Of a stretch of 64,000 nucleotides of DNA, positions 60,734 through 64,000 are shown in pieces. Made by a program: the position numbers and the translations under genes. The DNA lies in assembly GCA_030704615.1 (NCBI GenBank), contig CM060732.1:57846001-57910000 (forward strand). The letters are read 5' to 3'. Position 1 is the stretch's first letter. Each line of letters starts with the position of its first letter. Under the pieces are notes generated by a model. The model saw only the letters and a program-made list of their open reading frames with translations. It had not been told where the DNA came from and ran no database searches. Source of the DNA: Takakia lepidozioides (lineage: Eukaryota > Plantae > Bryophyta).

Positions 60734-63071
60734 TCAATGAGGGCCCAATGACATGTAATCAATTATGGTCTGCATCCGCCTACTTCGCGGCGAAAGTTGA
60801 CTTTCTTCTTCACTCTCACGACGTGGCGGAGGTGGATCGAGAACAAGTGCTCGGGCTGCATGCAAATCGGCAACGAGGCCGTCCACATCCGGCAATAGAG
60901 CCCCCGAAATACGATGATAATGGTTTGTCCATAATCGCCTCCATTTCTCTACAACTGCCTTCATGGTACTTTTGAAACTTTCCAACTGTCTCTTGCGGGC
61001 CCTGTCTCTAATCATTGTGTCGTTTCGACGGTAAGCCGCCTTGTACGCCTCATTCATTTGGCGTTGACATATTATAGCATATTCTATTTCGGACAGCAAC
61101 AAATGTCTCCCAATCGGTTGTCGATCATACAATTCGTTCTCCTCCGGCACCCATGGAACCTGTGGGAGCCGGATAAACCTGGACTCCAATGCCCTTCCAG
61201 ATTGCGGCAAAACTGCTCTCTCTCCCACCAATCTCGAATGCCTCCCGCACGTATGGTTATCTCCCAGTCAGATGTGACCCAGAAATACTGGGGATCTTAG
61301 ATGTATGCCGGGTTTCCGGCATATATGCCATGCATCTCTCTGTCTGCATCCCATACCAAGTTCTTGCCCCAATGCACACAATTCAGAAGAGAGAGATGAC
61401 TCCGGCCGCGGCCGGCATAACTAAGATCCATTTCGCCTTGCGGCTACTGCCCCCTTTCGGGGGTGGGCCCTATCACAATTCAGAAATATGAATGGTAGCC
61501 CATCCAATGGGAGGTTGTGTCGATTGTATTCAAAACCTATGGGCATCCGTTCCTCCAAGCCTACCAGCTCATAGAAACGGCAATGGATTGGTGTATGGCA
61601 TTCTGGGCAAGCGCTCATCCGCAAGGCTTGCGGGATAAGACATGTGAAATGGAACATATGTCCACATGATCCAAGCACATGACATCCCTCTGGGCCGTAT
61701 GGATTCATACACATCGAACAAATTGTGTCATCTGATATCCATGACGGCAAAACGCCTTGTGGTATCTCCTCCCTCTGGGCCGGTTTGATGTCGCTGGTCA
61801 TCCTTGTTGTGGTGTCCCACTCTTTCTCTATTTCCAATTCCTAGTTTATGCTTCTGTTCGACCCCGAAATTCTGTGCTCACATCGATCGAACATAGAATC
61901 CACATCTGCCCAATTGGTATACCCGGCGAATAAGCTTGATGCGATGCGAAGATCGTTATACCTTTGCATGTTGGCATAAATGATATCCACGCTACGGTTC
62001 GACATGCGTGCGACACGTTGCAAGTCTGACAGTGCCCGCTCTACCCGTGCTTCTCTGGAGGCCAAATGGGTCGCCCATTGTACCCAATTCTCCCAATCGC
62101 CATACAATGGGACCCATGCCCGAATCTCCAGCGTTTTGGACAAGCGTCATGTAGTTGCCATGACAATGTCTCACTCCTTTGTAACGCGGTCGACATCTAA
62201 TATCGGGTTCATCTCGGATTGAATGTCGACCCTCGAGCATTCCCCAGTTTCCAGTACTGATTCTTTTCTTTTCCTCCTTCTCTCACCCGCAATTCGTTAT
62301 TCCTCAACCATGGTTTCATCGGCCACAAGGTCAAGGACGTCCGTAATTTCGTGAATAATGAGGTCAATACTGCGATCAAGCATCGCAAACTCCGCGTTCA
62401 TGTCCACGACGTTTTGTTCGATCCTCATTGTGGACAACAGTGCCTTCATTGTTTGGAGGCATGTCTTGCAATCTAGCTTCCAACTCGGCTATGCGCAGTG
62501 TTTGCCAGTCTAGTCGGTCCTACAGGGTCCTGATTCGCTGGTATTTTTCCGCCAGTTGTTCCTCTAACGTTGCAGCCGGTTGTATTCTAAACGTGTCTGG
62601 GATGTACTCCAAATCGTATAGCAACCTTGCGTTCCTCATACTAGCAATTTGCCAATTCACTGGACGCAAAAGTATGACCTCCACGGACAACATGGCTGCC
62701 AAGGTGTACGGGATTTGGCCCTTTAAGAGAGGTTGACCCCACAATGTGCAATGCACCTCATTCGCCCTATGCTGGAAATGCAAGTTCGTGCAAGACCTGG
62801 ACTCTGCGTAATTGTTTCGGGTTTGCACGTTATGCCTATCCAAAGGCCAAAATTGATTGATGTAGTACCATTTCACGAATTTTTTGCATCTCGTCATCAA
62901 CCACCTAAATTCTTCCGGAACATCCTCCCAGCCCTCTTCTGCTAGTATGCTAGGGTCACCATATACTTCCCAATTCAAGTCTTGCCTTGACCCTTTGATT
63001 TTCTTAGGGGGCGGTTCATGTTCATTGGGATCATCTTTTCCATGACGGTCATTGTCCTGGCCCTCTGCCAT
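60734..63071 (-). pseudogene. Intronless degenerate ORF with a RING-H2 finger, probably carried by a DNA transposon
   Basis: Collinear ORF pieces 62520-63071, 61841-62143, 61421-61837 and 60734-61231; CSMC..CGHMFHFTCL..CPEC. Confidence 0.6.
61273..61477 (-). mobile_element. 205-bp insertion (solo-LTR/TRIM-like) interrupting the RING ORF
   Basis: TGTGA...TCACA termini; flanks TCTGAAT / TCTGACT; ~80 bp shared with 32590-32672. Confidence 0.5.
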
Positions 63072-63439
63072 TCTGCAACAATCAAAGCAACACTAAACGA
63101 GGTTTACTAATAAGATGTAACTCTAAACCCTTCATCCTAAACGAGTTTGAATATGTGTCAAAATAGTTCCTGAAAGCTAATTTTGTAGAATAAAATGATC
63201 CTGGAAGCCAGAGGACGGCCTATGGGAGCATTCTGTAACGACCTCACAGAAATCGCGGCAAAAAATACCCCCTACCCAACCAATGGCCTCCTTCTCCACG
63301 TGACTACGTGTCGTGGAATAATGAAATGTCACGCACACAGAAGTTGTGTGAAGAGGAAGTGAGGGGAGAATGAGCCTCCCTTGGCTTATATGCTCCCTCC
63401 CCCCATTCTCATTCCTCGGGCCACGTGCAGGGCGAACCT

Positions 63440-64000
63440 TCTAGAAGCGATCGCCAACTTGACGGTCGCTCCATTTTTCAGAAAAAATGAAAAAGAAAAA
63501 ACGACCGCCAGAACTGGCGGTCGCTCCATTTTCCGAAAATAAAATAAATATGCGACCGCCAACATAGGCGGTCGCTACATTTACAGAGACATTAAGAATT
63601 GAAGCGATCGCCAGTAATGACGGTCACTTCATTTTCAAAACAATTAAAATAAAAGCGACTGCCAGTACTGGCGGTTGCTGGATTTACAAAAAAAGAAAAA
63701 CAATTGCGGCGACCGCCCGTAATGGCGGTCGCTCGATTTTCCTCCAAAAAACAGAGAAGCAACCGCCTGTAATGGTGGTCACTTCATTTTCAAAAAATTT
63801 TAAATAAAAACGACCGCCAGTAATGGCGGTCGTTTCATTTTCAAAACAATTAAAATAAAAGCGGTCGCTCCATTTCCAACCAAATTTAAATAAAAACGAC
63901 CGCCACAAATGGCGGTCGCTGCAATTACAAAAAAACAACAATAGCGGCGACCGCCCCTAATGGCGGTCGCTCGATTTTCCTCCAAAAAACAAAAAAGCGA
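63440..64000. repeat. Array of palindromic subterminal repeats (GACCGCC-N6/7-GGCGGTC), CACTA/EnSpm-like; runs off the window
   Basis: About ten hairpin units such as cgaccgccagtaatggcggtcg, separated by A-rich spacers. Confidence 0.65.

Noticed and set aside
63440-64000. CRISPR-like palindromic repeats with spacers
   Set aside because: Eukaryotic context; spacers are A-rich and themselves repeated; no cas genes.

Overview
Eukaryotic, intron-containing plant genomic DNA. Gene and TE content fit a non-seed land plant, most likely a bryophyte. Host genes: exon 1 of an ABCA transporter (-), an intact 12-exon ABCB/P-glycoprotein (-), mTERF8/PTAC15 (-), a TAF1A-like gene (+) and TBL13 (+). Between them lies heavily rearranged TE sequence. 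The main signal is a Ty3/Gypsy LTR retrotransposon family whose pol carries a DNMT3-like cytosine methyltransferase domain between protease and RT, plus a PHD finger after integrase. Two degenerate copies are present (11.0-18.8 kb and 37.9-40.8 kb). A Tcn1/Tf1-like chromovirus is split into two oppositely oriented halves (6.5-11.0 kb and 35.6-37.9 kb) that rejoin in frame and share a TSD, revealing a ~26.9 kb inversion containing the ABCB gene. Other items: a self-priming PBS, an extra ORF in the chromovirus, a PCIF1-like N6-adenine MTase fragment, a TTAA-flanked piggyBac-like MITE, LINE 3' ends in introns, a fold-back, and a CACTA-like end with a RING ORF. All calls come from reading the sequence and recalled family motifs; no searches were run.
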